From assembly GCA_048939625.1 (NCBI GenBank), contig JBHLPH010000007.1, positions 30,766 through 94,765 of the forward strand: 64,000 nucleotides of DNA. Direction: 5' to 3'. Positions 1 through 9,955 of the stretch are shown here, in pieces. The DNA is from Promethearchaeota archaeon. GTDB lineage: Archaea > Asgardarchaeota > Hermodarchaeia > Hermodarchaeales > Hermodarchaeaceae. Position numbers and translations under genes: made by a program. The notes below the pieces were generated by a model. That model did not search any database and had not been told where the DNA came from. It saw only the letters and a list, made by a program, of their open reading frames with translations. How positions within the stretch are numbered: position 1 is the stretch's first letter; each line of letters starts with the position of its first letter.

Positions 1-122
1 GTCTCTGGATTTTGGGTGCAGGTCGAAGCGGAATTCGCTTCATTCCCCCTCTCACAATCACGCCTGACCAAATTGATATTGCCCTTGAACGCTTTGGCAA
101 AGCAGTGAAATCTGTCAAATAA
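1..122 (+). CDS. 3' end of class III PLP-dependent aminotransferase (GabT/ArgD-like), truncated by window start
   Basis: Frame from nt 3 reads LWILGAGRSGIRFIPPLTITPDQIDIALERFGKAVKSVK*, the typical IRFxPPLxI C-terminus of class III aminotransferases; not in ORF track. Confidence 0.8.
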   Translation, partial: LWILGAGRSGIRFIPPLTITPDQIDIALERFGKAVKSVK

Positions 123-146
123 ACAGCTCAATAACGAGGGTAATCT

Positions 147-338
147 ATGCTATTTAAAGCGGATCGACTCCTCTTCATCGGTATTCTTTGTCTCATCATC
201 GGAATCATCATCTTCATCATTGGACCCTACCTCCCCATTCCTTCAATTATTCCCCTAGCAATCGCCTCCATCCTCGTCCTTATTGCTATAATTGCCGTGT
301 TACTCGCCTTATGCAACTATCAACGCGGTTATGCCTAG
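147..338 (+). CDS. small two-TM membrane protein
   Basis: 63 aa with two hydrophobic helices; GAGGG upstream of ATG. Confidence 0.6.
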   Translation: MLFKADRLLFIGILCLIIGIIIFIIGPYLPIPSIIPLAIASILVLIAIIAVLLALCNYQRGYA

Positions 339-380
339 TCTCGCGGACTTAACGTTTTCTAATTCACATCAGCTGATTTT

Positions 381-422
381 CCCTCCCCCCTCCTGGACCC
401 TCCCCCCACCCTTTAGGTGGGG
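381..422. repeat. polypyrimidine/polypurine element (G-quadruplex motif on - strand plus hairpin; REP-like)
   Basis: CCCTCCCCCC occurs at 381 and 398; minus strand reads GGG-T-GGGGGG-A-GGG-TCCAGGA-GGGGGG-A-GGG; CCCCACC(404-410)/GGTGGGG(416-422) inverted repeat. Confidence 0.55.
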
Positions 423-746
423 ATTGGTGATGGTAGTGTTGGAGGGTGAGGTGTTGGCTCGTGAAGGTGAGGGGGAGGCGAATCCAGCTGAGGTTGTAGT
501 CGGAGATTTGGTTGATGTATTAGTGGGAGGTGAAATCCATGATGTTTGATATGCTGTGGGTGTTCCAGGGTAGGAGGCAGGCAAAAAATTTGAAGTGGGT
601 GGCGATGAACAGTATTAGTAATTCTAATTGAATGGGCTGAATAGATCGGAACGCTTTCGACGCATGATCTCTCTGTCTCTTGGGGTTATTTGATATGTTT
701 TTTTGGAATTTGTTTCCGTTTCAACACTCTCTTGAGGGTACAAAGC

Positions 747-788
747 AAAAAGAGGAGTGGTAGGGTGGAGGTCTTACCACGCCTACTC
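747..788 (-). terminator. stem-loop plus T-run downstream of SCP2 gene
   Basis: GTAGGGTGG(760-768)/CCACGCCTAC(777-786) stem followed on - strand by CTCCTCTTTTT. Confidence 0.45.
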
Positions 789-851
789 GATTCCATACAC
801 CACTAACTACGGTGGGATGGGATGCTGTTTCAGAACGGTTGACCAGGAGGT

Positions 852-1172
852 TTAGCCGAGTTTGAAGACGCTTTGCAGTTTCATGAGGTGGCTCATGTCA
901 CCTTGAGACTTGAGTTTACCTGACATGAAGGCTGCGACGGCATTTAGCTGTCCATTGGAAATGGCCATCCAGTCGTCTTTGCTAATGGTGATGATTAGGT
1001 CTGCCTTATCAGCAGGGCCTTCACCCCAGTCGATTTTCTGGTCTTTGATGGTAATGTTGTATTTATTGTCGCCTTGGATGTCCATTTCGATGACGCAGTT
1101 CCAGCCTGCGGCAGCGGCAGGGTCAAAGGTTCCGACCATGGCTTCTAAGCCTTCTTTTGGATTGTCTACCAA
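852..1172 (-). CDS. SCP2 sterol/lipid carrier domain protein
   Basis: 106 aa; C-terminal AFMSGKLKSQGDMSHLMKL signature of SCP2; TTG start after GGTGA. Confidence 0.9.
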   Translation of the reverse strand: MVDNPKEGLEAMVGTFDPAAAAGWNCVIEMDIQGDNKYNITIKDQKIDWGEGPADKADLIITISKDDWMAISNGQLNAVAAFMSGKLKSQGDMSHLMKLQSVFKLG

Positions 1173-1269
1173 TAGAATTCACCTAAGAGTATTGGAAGTT
1201 CTGCCAATGTTGAGGCAGTATTCTTTAAAAGCATAACTTACCGTCAAAAAATAGTCTTCAATCGCGCTA

Positions 1270-1977
1270 TTAGCGATGGGTGATAGTGTATTGGCATTTA
1301 TGTGCTCCTTCGGCAATCGCCTCATCATGGGTAATTTGAAGGGACTTATCATGAGTACGGACTAGATTTGTGATGAGGCTTTCATGGTACCGGCAAATCG
1401 TGCCAGGGTAAGTTGTCGAGACTCCGTGGTAAATGCAGTTACCCACATACAAGTAGAATCCCTTCGAGAAGGCTTGATGTTTTGCATAACAGCCTTGCTC
1501 GTTGATATGGTCACAGATGAATTGCACCATATCAGCTAAAGTATTTGGACGGGTTCTTGATTTGTCCCATTTTACAATTAACCGTTCAACCTGCAATTTC
1601 GCTGCTCGATCTAAAAGACCCACAACATGTTCTATTCCTTCTTCTTCGATGAGCTGTTCCACAAGTGTGATGGCTAGATGTTGAAACTGGCGGGGTGGGA
1701 TGGACAGCTTCAAGCCTTTATCGATTTGAAAGTAAGTTGCTGGCCTGCCTCGCCGGGCTGGTCCCTCGGTATCAGTTGTTTCAATTACCACACCTAGATG
1801 GACTAGGCGTTGAAGGCTATTTCGGACAGCAGTATAGCTCAATCCAGTTGCTTTTGCAATACCATCAATAGTGACCTGGGGTTTAGTAGCAATGGTTTCG
1901 ACGATTCGCGAATCGATTTCATACCGGTCCATAACGCGACCGAGTGCTCGCTTAGACATGAAGACACCTATGTTCAT
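1270..1977 (-). CDS. ArsR/SufR-like HTH regulator with C-terminal 3-Cys effector domain (COG2345/V4R-like)
   Basis: N-terminal wHTH ending RRGRPATYF; C-terminal NCIY...ICRYH...KCQY cysteines. Confidence 0.8.
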   Translation of the reverse strand: MNIGVFMSKRALGRVMDRYEIDSRIVETIATKPQVTIDGIAKATGLSYTAVRNSLQRLVHLGVVIETTDTEGPARRGRPATYFQIDKGLKLSIPPRQFQHLAITLVEQLIEEEGIEHVVGLLDRAAKLQVERLIVKWDKSRTRPNTLADMVQFICDHINEQGCYAKHQAFSKGFYLYVGNCIYHGVSTTYPGTICRYHESLITNLVRTHDKSLQITHDEAIAEGAHKCQYTITHR

Positions 1978-2072
1978 TGGCCTCGAGGGAAACTGACTCA
2001 GAAATTGACGGCGTTTTAGCTAAAGTCAGTTTCTAGAGTTTCTATTTCTTGTCTTCTTACAATTAAATTATT

Positions 2073-3266
2073 CTATTTTGCAAGCGAAATCCTTTCCAGG
2101 CTCTGCACTGCAGTTGTAACCATTTTTTCTAAAGGTAACGCTGATTCAGCTTGATGTATCTCAACTAATTTTGCTCCAATGGTCGGTTGCCGGGGTACAG
2201 CGAAGCAATCTCCAACGTCTTGACTCGAGTATTCGTACGTGCCAATACGACGAGCCAGATCCATAGTCTCAGTTTTGTCCGTCCCTATCAAAGGACGGAA
2301 AATCGGAAGGGCAACGGCGGAATCTAATATGGTTAGATTAACAAGGGTTTGGGAAGCCACCTGACCCAACGTTTCACCAGTTACTAGGGCGTGAGCGCCT
2401 TCTTGGGCTGCAACCATTGCACCAAGGCGATACATCATGCGTTTACAGAGAATACACGTGAGTTTAGGAAAATCAGGTAGTTGCAGCTGGCGAAGAATCT
2501 CATAATAGGGAATAACCAACAGCTCCACTTTTTTGGTAGGAATCCACTTTGCCAGTTGCTGTGCACTGCGAAGAGCCCGAGTTCGAAGGACATCTTGCTG
2601 CGGGCGATCTGAATCGAAATACAGGGGAATCACACGAGCGCCTCGTTTCATCATCAGCCATTGGGCAACAGGGCTATCAAGCCCTCCCGAATGGAGGCCT
2701 AACACTTTGCCCTGGGACCCATAGGGGAGTCCCCCTGGCCCAGCAATAATAGATGTGAAGATATAACTGAATTTCTCACGAATCTCGATATGAACTTCAA
2801 CGTCGGGATTATCCAGGTCAACACGAGCTGCAGGTTGATTCTTTCCTGTAACCTCGATAATAGCAGTTCCAACACGGGCTGCAATCTCTTGGCTAGTAAA
2901 GGGATGGCTTTTCACACGCCGGACTCGAGCAGCAAAGCTTTGCCCCTCCGAGATGATGCTTGGTGCCAAGGTTTTGACCTTCTTGATGATTAATTCAGGT
3001 TCTGATGCAATAGTCCAGACTGGACTAACGGAAATGACTCCAAAAACCTGAGCTACAATCTGTGCAACAACATTAGCTTCTGTTGTGAGAATAAAGAAAC
3101 GACCTCGCTCTCGAGTAATTTCTGAAAACTCGGTACCCTGCCGTGTGAGCATGATGTCTATATGGTTATGAAGCAAACTCTCAAGATGACGGCGAACACC
3201 CGGGCTTTTCAAAGTAATTTCGCCATATCGAACAAGTACTCTATCGGGATTCAAAGATGTTGACAC
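2073..3266 (-). CDS. thiI: tRNA 4-thiouridine synthase, archaeal CxxC+C type without rhodanese domain
   Basis: VRYGEITLKS N-terminus, THUMP domain, PP-loop SGGLDSPVA, CILCKRMM, GQVASQT. Confidence 0.95.
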   Translation of the reverse strand: MSTSLNPDRVLVRYGEITLKSPGVRRHLESLLHNHIDIMLTRQGTEFSEITRERGRFFILTTEANVVAQIVAQVFGVISVSPVWTIASEPELIIKKVKTLAPSIISEGQSFAARVRRVKSHPFTSQEIAARVGTAIIEVTGKNQPAARVDLDNPDVEVHIEIREKFSYIFTSIIAGPGGLPYGSQGKVLGLHSGGLDSPVAQWLMMKRGARVIPLYFDSDRPQQDVLRTRALRSAQQLAKWIPTKKVELLVIPYYEILRQLQLPDFPKLTCILCKRMMYRLGAMVAAQEGAHALVTGETLGQVASQTLVNLTILDSAVALPIFRPLIGTDKTETMDLARRIGTYEYSSQDVGDCFAVPRQPTIGAKLVEIHQAESALPLEKMVTTAVQSLERISLAK

Positions 3267-3344
3267 AGTGCATTCACCAGTATTTCATCACATCTTGAAG
3301 GGAGGAGGTAGGCTTTTTTTATACTTTCTTTGTTTTCATTACTT

Positions 3345-4613
3345 ATGCCTTCTTCAGAACGTGTCTCGTGTTTCTACTGTGCTCAATACGCAAAAGTGGT
3401 TAAGGAGTATCCCATAAATATTGCATCTCATGATGCGAGCTCCTTTACTCCGCGTTGTTCCCTGCACTGGCAATATGAATGCAATACATGTGGAAAATTA
3501 AGACACTTCAACGGAATTGCCTGGTGTTCCACTTGTAAAACATTTACCTGTCTAGCCTGTGGCGATGAAAAAATGGTCCACAAAGAATTCCTGATCTATG
3601 ACAACTACTATACAATTCCCTGTGCAAATTGTGGAAAAATGAATCCTGCATTAGATTTCGCAGAATACGATGGAACCCATCCCTACCAAATTGGGGCTCT
3701 CCAACCAGTAGAAGGTCTTGCTATCTGGAAACCCAGCCCCACAGATGAGATTGCAACACAGGAGTTTCCCCATCAGGCATGGGGGCGTCAAAGAGTTCTC
3801 AGGCTTGGAAGATGTGGATACTGGAAGAGGCTCGACTCGCTTGATGAAATCAGTCCAATAGCCCTCTGGGACGAAGCTGCTCCAACTTGGGTATCCTTTG
3901 TTGGAGAAGGCGGAGACTACCATCACAAATACATTATTTTGCCTGAACTATATCGCCTGATTGATGTGCAACAAGACGAGATAATTTTAGACGTTGCTTG
4001 TGGCGAAGGAAACGTCGCCCGCCATCTAGCTAAAAACGGAGCGAAGGTCACTGGGATAGACATTTCCAAAATGCTGGATTTTGCCATTGAACGAGAAGAA
4101 AAAGAACAATTGGGCATTCGCTATGTGAAACTCAATGCTGAACAGCTTCTAGACAAATTCAGTGAAGGCTCCTTTGACAAAATAGTCTGCAATATGGCGT
4201 TAATGGACATCGATGATTACAAAACGACACTCAAACAGATATCGCAGGCACTAAAAGAAAATGGCATTTTTGTGTTTAGTATTCTCCATCCAGCATTCAG
4301 CTGGCCTGCATGCAACACAATCAGGGTTCCCGGAGATAGCCAAAGAAATGAAGACCGGATGAAAGTTGTCATCGATTACTTCGATGAACGACCCGTGCTC
4401 TACACCGATGACCCGCCAACGATACAGTTCACTAGACCGATAAGCGCATACCTCAATGAACTGGTTAAAAATAATTTCGCGCTTGTTGAGGTGAGTGAAC
4501 CAAAAGCTTCTGAAGACGTGGTTCAGCAATTTCCAAGAAAAGCTTACCTTGATGATCACCTTGTACCCGATTTTCTCATCCTGAAGACGATCAAGAAATC
4601 AACCTCTAATTAA
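3345..4613 (+). CDS. class I SAM-dependent methyltransferase with N-terminal multi-Zn-finger domain
   Basis: ILDVACGEG motif I, VTGIDIS, NMALMDI; N-terminal CFYC, CSLH, CNTC, CSTC, CLAC, CANC; ATG at 3345 preferred over TTG 3330. Confidence 0.85.
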   Translation: MPSSERVSCFYCAQYAKVVKEYPINIASHDASSFTPRCSLHWQYECNTCGKLRHFNGIAWCSTCKTFTCLACGDEKMVHKEFLIYDNYYTIPCANCGKMNPALDFAEYDGTHPYQIGALQPVEGLAIWKPSPTDEIATQEFPHQAWGRQRVLRLGRCGYWKRLDSLDEISPIALWDEAAPTWVSFVGEGGDYHHKYIILPELYRLIDVQQDEIILDVACGEGNVARHLAKNGAKVTGIDISKMLDFAIEREEKEQLGIRYVKLNAEQLLDKFSEGSFDKIVCNMALMDIDDYKTTLKQISQALKENGIFVFSILHPAFSWPACNTIRVPGDSQRNEDRMKVVIDYFDERPVLYTDDPPTIQFTRPISAYLNELVKNNFALVEVSEPKASEDVVQQFPRKAYLDDHLVPDFLILKTIKKSTSN

Positions 4614-4782
4614 GACTGGAACACGGGTCAATATTCATCCACACTTGGATCACTTTCTTTCCTTTGCTTTTTTATATACATCCAAAAAAACGGTGCTCGA
4701 ATTATCGGTCTAAACAGCAGCATATTTATGAGATGTGTTTTTTTCCATTACTGAACATACCCAGTTATGGAGTGTGGAGAGT

Positions 4783-5961
4783 ATGACAAAAGAACAACAA
4801 CGCCCCCCATTATGGGTATTTTTAGCAGTGCTGTTGGTTGCTTGCGTAATCATCACAGTAGGCTTAACCAATCCCCTCCTTCCTCAGATTATCAGACCCC
4901 CCAATCCTTTCAGTGTGGCTATCGTGTTGACCGAAGAGGGTCTTAATGATAGGGGGATTAATGATGCCTGTATCCAGGGTGCTCTAGACGCTCTCGATGA
5001 TTTCGGGGTAGAATTTACACAAGCTGTGCCCTCATCATATTCAGATATCGAGGTGCTCTTACGGCGTTATGCTGAACACGTAGGGTGGGCAACACCGTAT
5101 GAGCTGATAATAGCTGTTGGAGTGGATGGTTCAGGTTCAGTAAGGTCTATCGCTCCTGATTATCCGAACCAAAAATTCGCTGCTATAGACGACTACATTA
5201 ATTCGGGTGTACTTCCAAATCTACGATCAATCCGGTTTGCTGAGGAAGAAGGAGCTGCCCTTGTTGGTGCTCTTGCTGGACTTTATACAGTCACAAACAA
5301 GGTTGGATTCATCGGAGAGTCAGTTATCCTTCCCCGTGTTTATAGATATGGTGCAGGATTCTTCTGGGGTGCCGATCTCACAAATCCTTCCATAGCTTTG
5401 GAAATCGATGTGCCGTCCCCTAATATTGACTTTGGATTCGTAAGTCCGTATGAAGATGAAGTCCTCGCTGAAGTTGAAGCTGATGAACAATATTTTGGAG
5501 GTTGTGATATTATTTTCTCAGTTGACGGAGTAATATCAAAAACGCAGTTGTCAGCTGTGATCAACTCAGCTCGAAGAAACAACGCCACCAGAGGTCCTAT
5601 CTGGGTTATTGGGTCTGATAATCCTAAAATGCATCTAGGAACAGCTAACTCAACCCAGCCCATTGCACCGACACTTGTTCTTTCATCAATGCTTAAACGC
5701 TTTGATGTCGCTGTTTATGACACGATTGTGAACTATGTAGTAAACGGGCAATCTATTTCAGGCATTTCTCGGTTTAACTTGCTAAACAATGGTGTGGGCT
5801 GGGAGCTGAACAATACTCTTCTTGGACCACATTGGGCAGTTTCTGTAACAGACCAATTAATCATTTCAGATATCGCTCTTGGCATCATAAACGGAACGTA
5901 CATAGTTCCTACAGATTACCCGTGGTTGTCACTCTATACCTCAAGAGGACAAGGTTTTTGA
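4783..5961 (+). CDS. BMP/PnrA-family ABC substrate-binding protein (orphan, divergent paralog)
   Basis: N-terminal TM anchor; EEGAALVGALAG, SSMLKRFDVA motifs; aligns end to end with 15065-16189. Confidence 0.85.
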   Translation: MTKEQQRPPLWVFLAVLLVACVIITVGLTNPLLPQIIRPPNPFSVAIVLTEEGLNDRGINDACIQGALDALDDFGVEFTQAVPSSYSDIEVLLRRYAEHVGWATPYELIIAVGVDGSGSVRSIAPDYPNQKFAAIDDYINSGVLPNLRSIRFAEEEGAALVGALAGLYTVTNKVGFIGESVILPRVYRYGAGFFWGADLTNPSIALEIDVPSPNIDFGFVSPYEDEVLAEVEADEQYFGGCDIIFSVDGVISKTQLSAVINSARRNNATRGPIWVIGSDNPKMHLGTANSTQPIAPTLVLSSMLKRFDVAVYDTIVNYVVNGQSISGISRFNLLNNGVGWELNNTLLGPHWAVSVTDQLIISDIALGIINGTYIVPTDYPWLSLYTSRGQGF

Positions 5962-6096
5962 TATAAGGAACCTTGCCTAAGAGGTATTTCGTCCTTATCA
6001 ATGGCAGGTAAATCCATTTATTAGCACAAAGGGGTTGTTGATGGGAAAAGGACCTTCTATTATTGGAAGATCTGAATCATCGAAGTGTGGTCAGCA

Positions 6097-7512
6097 ATGG
6101 ATTCAATTGAAACACAAATGGATCGCTTCTTCAAACCGAAAAGTGTCGCCATCATCGGGGCTTCCCGAAGACCAGGACGAATTGGGCATATTGTTGTTGA
6201 ACAAATGGTCGCAGCCAAGTTTCCTGGCCGATTGTATCCTATCAATCCCAAGGCGGCTAAAGAAGGGCATCATATCCTTGGTATCAAAACCTATGCCTCA
6301 ATCAAAGACTGTGGAGGTCCCATTGAGCTTGCAGTCATTGTAATCCCTGCCAAATATGTTCCTCAAGCAATGAAAGAATGCGCTGAAGTCAAAGTCCCTA
6401 ATGTCATCATAGTATCTGGTGGTTTCCGTGAATCCGGTCCGGAGGGGGTTGCACTTGAAAATGAGGTGCTGGAAATTGCCCAGAAGGGGAACATTCGGGT
6501 TCTAGGCCCCAACTGTCTGGGAACCTTCAGCCCAAGCACACATATTGACACTCTCTTTCTTCCCGAAAGTACGACACCTCGACCTCAAGTGGGTCGAATC
6601 TCTTTCCTTTCACAATCTGGTTCGGTAGGCGGATCCGTGATGAGTTTCGCTTATAATGAAAAAATAGGATTTAGTAAATTCGCGAGCTTTGGTAACGCTA
6701 TTGACGTTGATGAAGGTGATCTTATTGATTATCTTGAAGACGATGAAGACACTCAAGTCACAGGACTCTACCTCGAATCCATTAATCGTGGACGAAAATT
6801 CATCGATATCTGCAGCCGGGCTTGCAGGGTCAAACCCTTCGTTGTAATTAAGGCAGGACGGAGTGAAGCTGGCACTAGGGCCGTTTCAAGCCATACTGGC
6901 TCACTTGCTGGCACCGATCGCATCTATGATGCAGCCTTTGAAGCAGCAGGAATTATTCGCGTTAAAACAATTGGTGAGTTCTTTGACGTTGCGAGAGCTC
7001 TTGCACACCAACCACCCGCAAAAAGTAACCGTATTGGCGTAATCACAAGTGGGGGTGGCTTTGGAGTGATGACGCTGGACGCGCTTGCTGACTACAACCT
7101 CGAAGCCCCGGAGTTATCTGCGGCTTTACAAAAGCGACTCCACACCAAACTCCCGTATTTCTACTCGGTTAAGAATCCTGTAGATCTAACCGGGTCTGCG
7201 ACAGCCGAGCAATTTGCTTTTTCGATGAACACCTTGCTCGATAGCGACGAGGTCGATGGTATCATCGTGATTCCCCTTTTCATGACACCTTTGCTGGATG
7301 CTGAACAGGTCAGCCAGGCAATTGTGGAAGCCTCCGAGCAACGGAAGAAACCTATTATTGTTGTTTCAGTTCCATCAACCAAAGAAATCAGGCAACGAAT
7401 GTTCAAACTCCGATTAGCAGGTGTACCATCTTATCACTTGCCTATGCGTGGGGCAAGAGGAATCGCAGCACTCGTTGAATATGGAGAAATTATAACCCGT
7501 CCCAAAGACTAG
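6097..7512 (+). CDS. acdA: ADP-forming acyl/acetyl-CoA synthetase alpha subunit
   Basis: PKSVAIIGAS CoA-binding motif, GPNCLG, SQSG, catalytic SHTGSLAG, NPVDLTG. Confidence 0.92.
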   Translation: MDSIETQMDRFFKPKSVAIIGASRRPGRIGHIVVEQMVAAKFPGRLYPINPKAAKEGHHILGIKTYASIKDCGGPIELAVIVIPAKYVPQAMKECAEVKVPNVIIVSGGFRESGPEGVALENEVLEIAQKGNIRVLGPNCLGTFSPSTHIDTLFLPESTTPRPQVGRISFLSQSGSVGGSVMSFAYNEKIGFSKFASFGNAIDVDEGDLIDYLEDDEDTQVTGLYLESINRGRKFIDICSRACRVKPFVVIKAGRSEAGTRAVSSHTGSLAGTDRIYDAAFEAAGIIRVKTIGEFFDVARALAHQPPAKSNRIGVITSGGGFGVMTLDALADYNLEAPELSAALQKRLHTKLPYFYSVKNPVDLTGSATAEQFAFSMNTLLDSDEVDGIIVIPLFMTPLLDAEQVSQAIVEASEQRKKPIIVVSVPSTKEIRQRMFKLRLAGVPSYHLPMRGARGIAALVEYGEIITRPKD

Positions 7513-8234
7513 CCAGTTCCTGAGAGTTGAAATTTAAGTAAATCATTTAGATTTGTGATCGTCAGATCGGGCGGAGGGTCCAAGTCGGTTGGAGCAGCTT
7601 GATCGGGGCGTTTAATGAGGACCGTAATCATCCCAACGCGATTCCCCCCAATGATGTCACTACTCGAATCACCAACCATCACCGCATTCTCTGGAGAAAC
7701 TTCAAATTTATCTAAAAGACGAAGGAATCCATCGGGTTCAGGTTTCGCGAATTCTTGTTCCTCGGTACCTAACATGACAAGTCCTTTGAAAAATCGCTCA
7801 AGATTAAACATTTTTAATTCCAAGATGGCAATTTCTGGTGGAGTATTCGTAAGAAGGCCCAGAGGGACCCTCTCGTGCAGTGACTCTAAGACATCCACAT
7901 CATCAAAAAGGCGAATAATCCCTTTTGCAATAAACTCTTGGCGTTTCTTGTAATCAATTTCGTCAAAGTGAGCAATGAAACTATCATACTCCTTTACACC
8001 CCAACTGCGCAGGACTAACTCAAATTCCCCACCCGAATGCCATAACCCCAAACGTATGGCTTCTGAAGGAATTGTGATATTGAACTCAGTGAGGGTTTGG
8101 ACAAGAATTTCATCGAAAAAACTCCAAATTGATGGAATATTCACTAAGGTTCCATCTAAATCAAATAGCATCGTTCCAATTGGACGTTGAAAAATCGCTT
8201 CCAATAAATCACCCACGCAAGTGTAGAAAGACAA
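7509..8234 (-). CDS. HAD-superfamily phosphatase (phosphoglycolate phosphatase-like)
   Basis: FDLDGTL, LTN, KPEP, MVGDSSSDI motifs. Confidence 0.9.
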   Translation of the reverse strand: MSFYTCVGDLLEAIFQRPIGTMLFDLDGTLVNIPSIWSFFDEILVQTLTEFNITIPSEAIRLGLWHSGGEFELVLRSWGVKEYDSFIAHFDEIDYKKRQEFIAKGIIRLFDDVDVLESLHERVPLGLLTNTPPEIAILELKMFNLERFFKGLVMLGTEEQEFAKPEPDGFLRLLDKFEVSPENAVMVGDSSSDIIGGNRVGMITVLIKRPDQAAPTDLDPPPDLTITNLNDLLKFQLSGTG

Positions 8235-8304
8235 TTCATCGACTGGCTCCCAAAACTCTTTTGGTCACGAATCCGATTAATAACTAAACTGGAGGTCTCG
8301 GTCA

Positions 8305-9423
8305 ATGCAGATTAAAATCGATGGGCAAATAGTCGACATGCTCGCTGTTCAAATGGAACACCATATGGTTCGAATGATTGACCAGCGATGGTTACCTTTC
8401 AAATTTGAAATCAAAGAGCTAGATACTTATCAAGATACAGTAAAAGCCATTAAGGATCTTGTAACTCGCGGAGCAGGTTCAGTCGGAGTGGCAGGCGCAT
8501 TCGCTATGGCACAGGCCGCTCATGAGATTCAGACGTCTTTAGTGCTAGAGTTTAACCACTTGCTAATGGAATCTGCTCAAATAATTAAGGGTGCTCGACC
8601 TACCGCTGTTAATCTCTCTGCAGCTGTGAATTATTGCCTTTCTGCAGCTGAGGTTCAAAGCACTATAGAAGAAAAGCAGGCGAGTATTGATCAAGCAGCC
8701 CAATACATTTTGGCCTCTGATATGGCTGCATCTCAAGCCATTGGTCAAGCTGGGGCAAAACTTCTCAAACCCCAAAGTCAAGTCCTCACTCATTGTAATA
8801 CAGGTGGACTCGGGCTCCAAGATCATGGATCCGCTTTGAGCATCATACGCTATGCATACAAAGCTGGAAATCTAAGGATGGTTTATGTATCAGAAACGCG
8901 ACCTTGGCTGCAGGGAAGCCGGTTGACAACCTGGGAATTGCAACAAGAAGAAATTCCTCACCAACTTATCGTGGATAGTGCCTGCGGACATTTATTTCAA
9001 AAGAATCTTGTTAATGCCGTGATCGTTGGCGCTGATCGAATTGTGGCTAATGGTGACGTCGCCAATAAAATTGGCACCTATGAGAAAGCTGTTCTTGCCA
9101 ATGTGCACAAGATCCCGTTCTATGTTGCAGCACCTATTGCTACCTTTGATTTGGAGATTCCCACTGGAGATCAAATAGAAATCGAAGAACGACCTTCAAA
9201 AGAAGTGCGAACTGTGATTGGACGACTTCCAACAGGCGGCATGGGACCAGTCCAAGTAGCCCCTGATCAAACGCCCGCCCTCAATCCAGTTTTTGATGTG
9301 ACACCTGCAAAGTATATCACCGGGTTCATTACAGAAAGAGGAGTTTTGACAAAGATTAAGGCTAGTAAAATAATGAAGCTGGTAGAGAAATCTGGTTACT
9401 CCTCTAAAGAGAAAGGCATTTAG
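8305..9423 (+). CDS. mtnA: S-methyl-5-thioribose-1-phosphate isomerase (eIF2B-related family)
   Basis: IDQRWLP, RGA, RPTAVNL, THCNTG, ETRPWLQGSRLTTWEL, GADRI, NKIGTY, NPVFDVTP. Confidence 0.88.
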   Translation: MQIKIDGQIVDMLAVQMEHHMVRMIDQRWLPFKFEIKELDTYQDTVKAIKDLVTRGAGSVGVAGAFAMAQAAHEIQTSLVLEFNHLLMESAQIIKGARPTAVNLSAAVNYCLSAAEVQSTIEEKQASIDQAAQYILASDMAASQAIGQAGAKLLKPQSQVLTHCNTGGLGLQDHGSALSIIRYAYKAGNLRMVYVSETRPWLQGSRLTTWELQQEEIPHQLIVDSACGHLFQKNLVNAVIVGADRIVANGDVANKIGTYEKAVLANVHKIPFYVAAPIATFDLEIPTGDQIEIEERPSKEVRTVIGRLPTGGMGPVQVAPDQTPALNPVFDVTPAKYITGFITERGVLTKIKASKIMKLVEKSGYSSKEKGI

Positions 9424-9465
9424 GGAATATTCAACGAGGATGCAACGATTTGGAGGTTTCTTATC

Positions 9466-9912
9466 ATGTCAGATCCTATGACACGATTGACTCAAGCTAC
9501 TATGGACTTGAAGAAATTCACGAGTGCCTTTAATTATTGGACTTTCTTGACCATTGTGATTTATGGTGTTCTTTTAATCGGCGCTGGTTTATTCCCCGCA
9601 ATATTTCAGGAACCGTTCCTGGCAATTGTTGCCGGAATAACCCTGTTTTTTATAATCATTGCGTTTCTCGCTGTCTTTTTCGTTAAAGATACACAGAAGG
9701 CCATCATGCTCACTTTAATTCGATCTCTAATTGGAGCAATTTTGCCTCTTGCTTTAATCTTTGCAACACTTGGTCCTTTCAGCCTTTACTTGAAAGTGTT
9801 AGGAATTGCCTTGTTTCTTGTCGGATTAATCTTCTTCTACTTCCTACTCCGACCACTCCTCACAATGAACGCCATTACCAAGGAATTGATGAAAGGTTCA
9901 AAGACGGAGTGA
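9466..9912 (+). CDS. four-TM membrane protein of unknown function
   Basis: GGAGG then ATG; four hydrophobic segments. Confidence 0.8.
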   Translation: MSDPMTRLTQATMDLKKFTSAFNYWTFLTIVIYGVLLIGAGLFPAIFQEPFLAIVAGITLFFIIIAFLAVFFVKDTQKAIMLTLIRSLIGAILPLALIFATLGPFSLYLKVLGIALFLVGLIFFYFLLRPLLTMNAITKELMKGSKTE

Positions 9913-9955
9913 CACACTTCAGAAACTCCTAAATGGTAGAAATACTTCCTAATCC

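Noticed and set aside
292-584. ORF-track proteins 292-549(+) and 369-584(-)
   Set aside because: Low-complexity translations explained by strand-skewed composition; no SD and no recognisable motif.
8305-9423. True eIF2B subunit or ribose-1,5-bisphosphate isomerase
   Set aside because: IDQR.LP, THCN.G.L and QG.RLT.WEL motifs favour MtnA.
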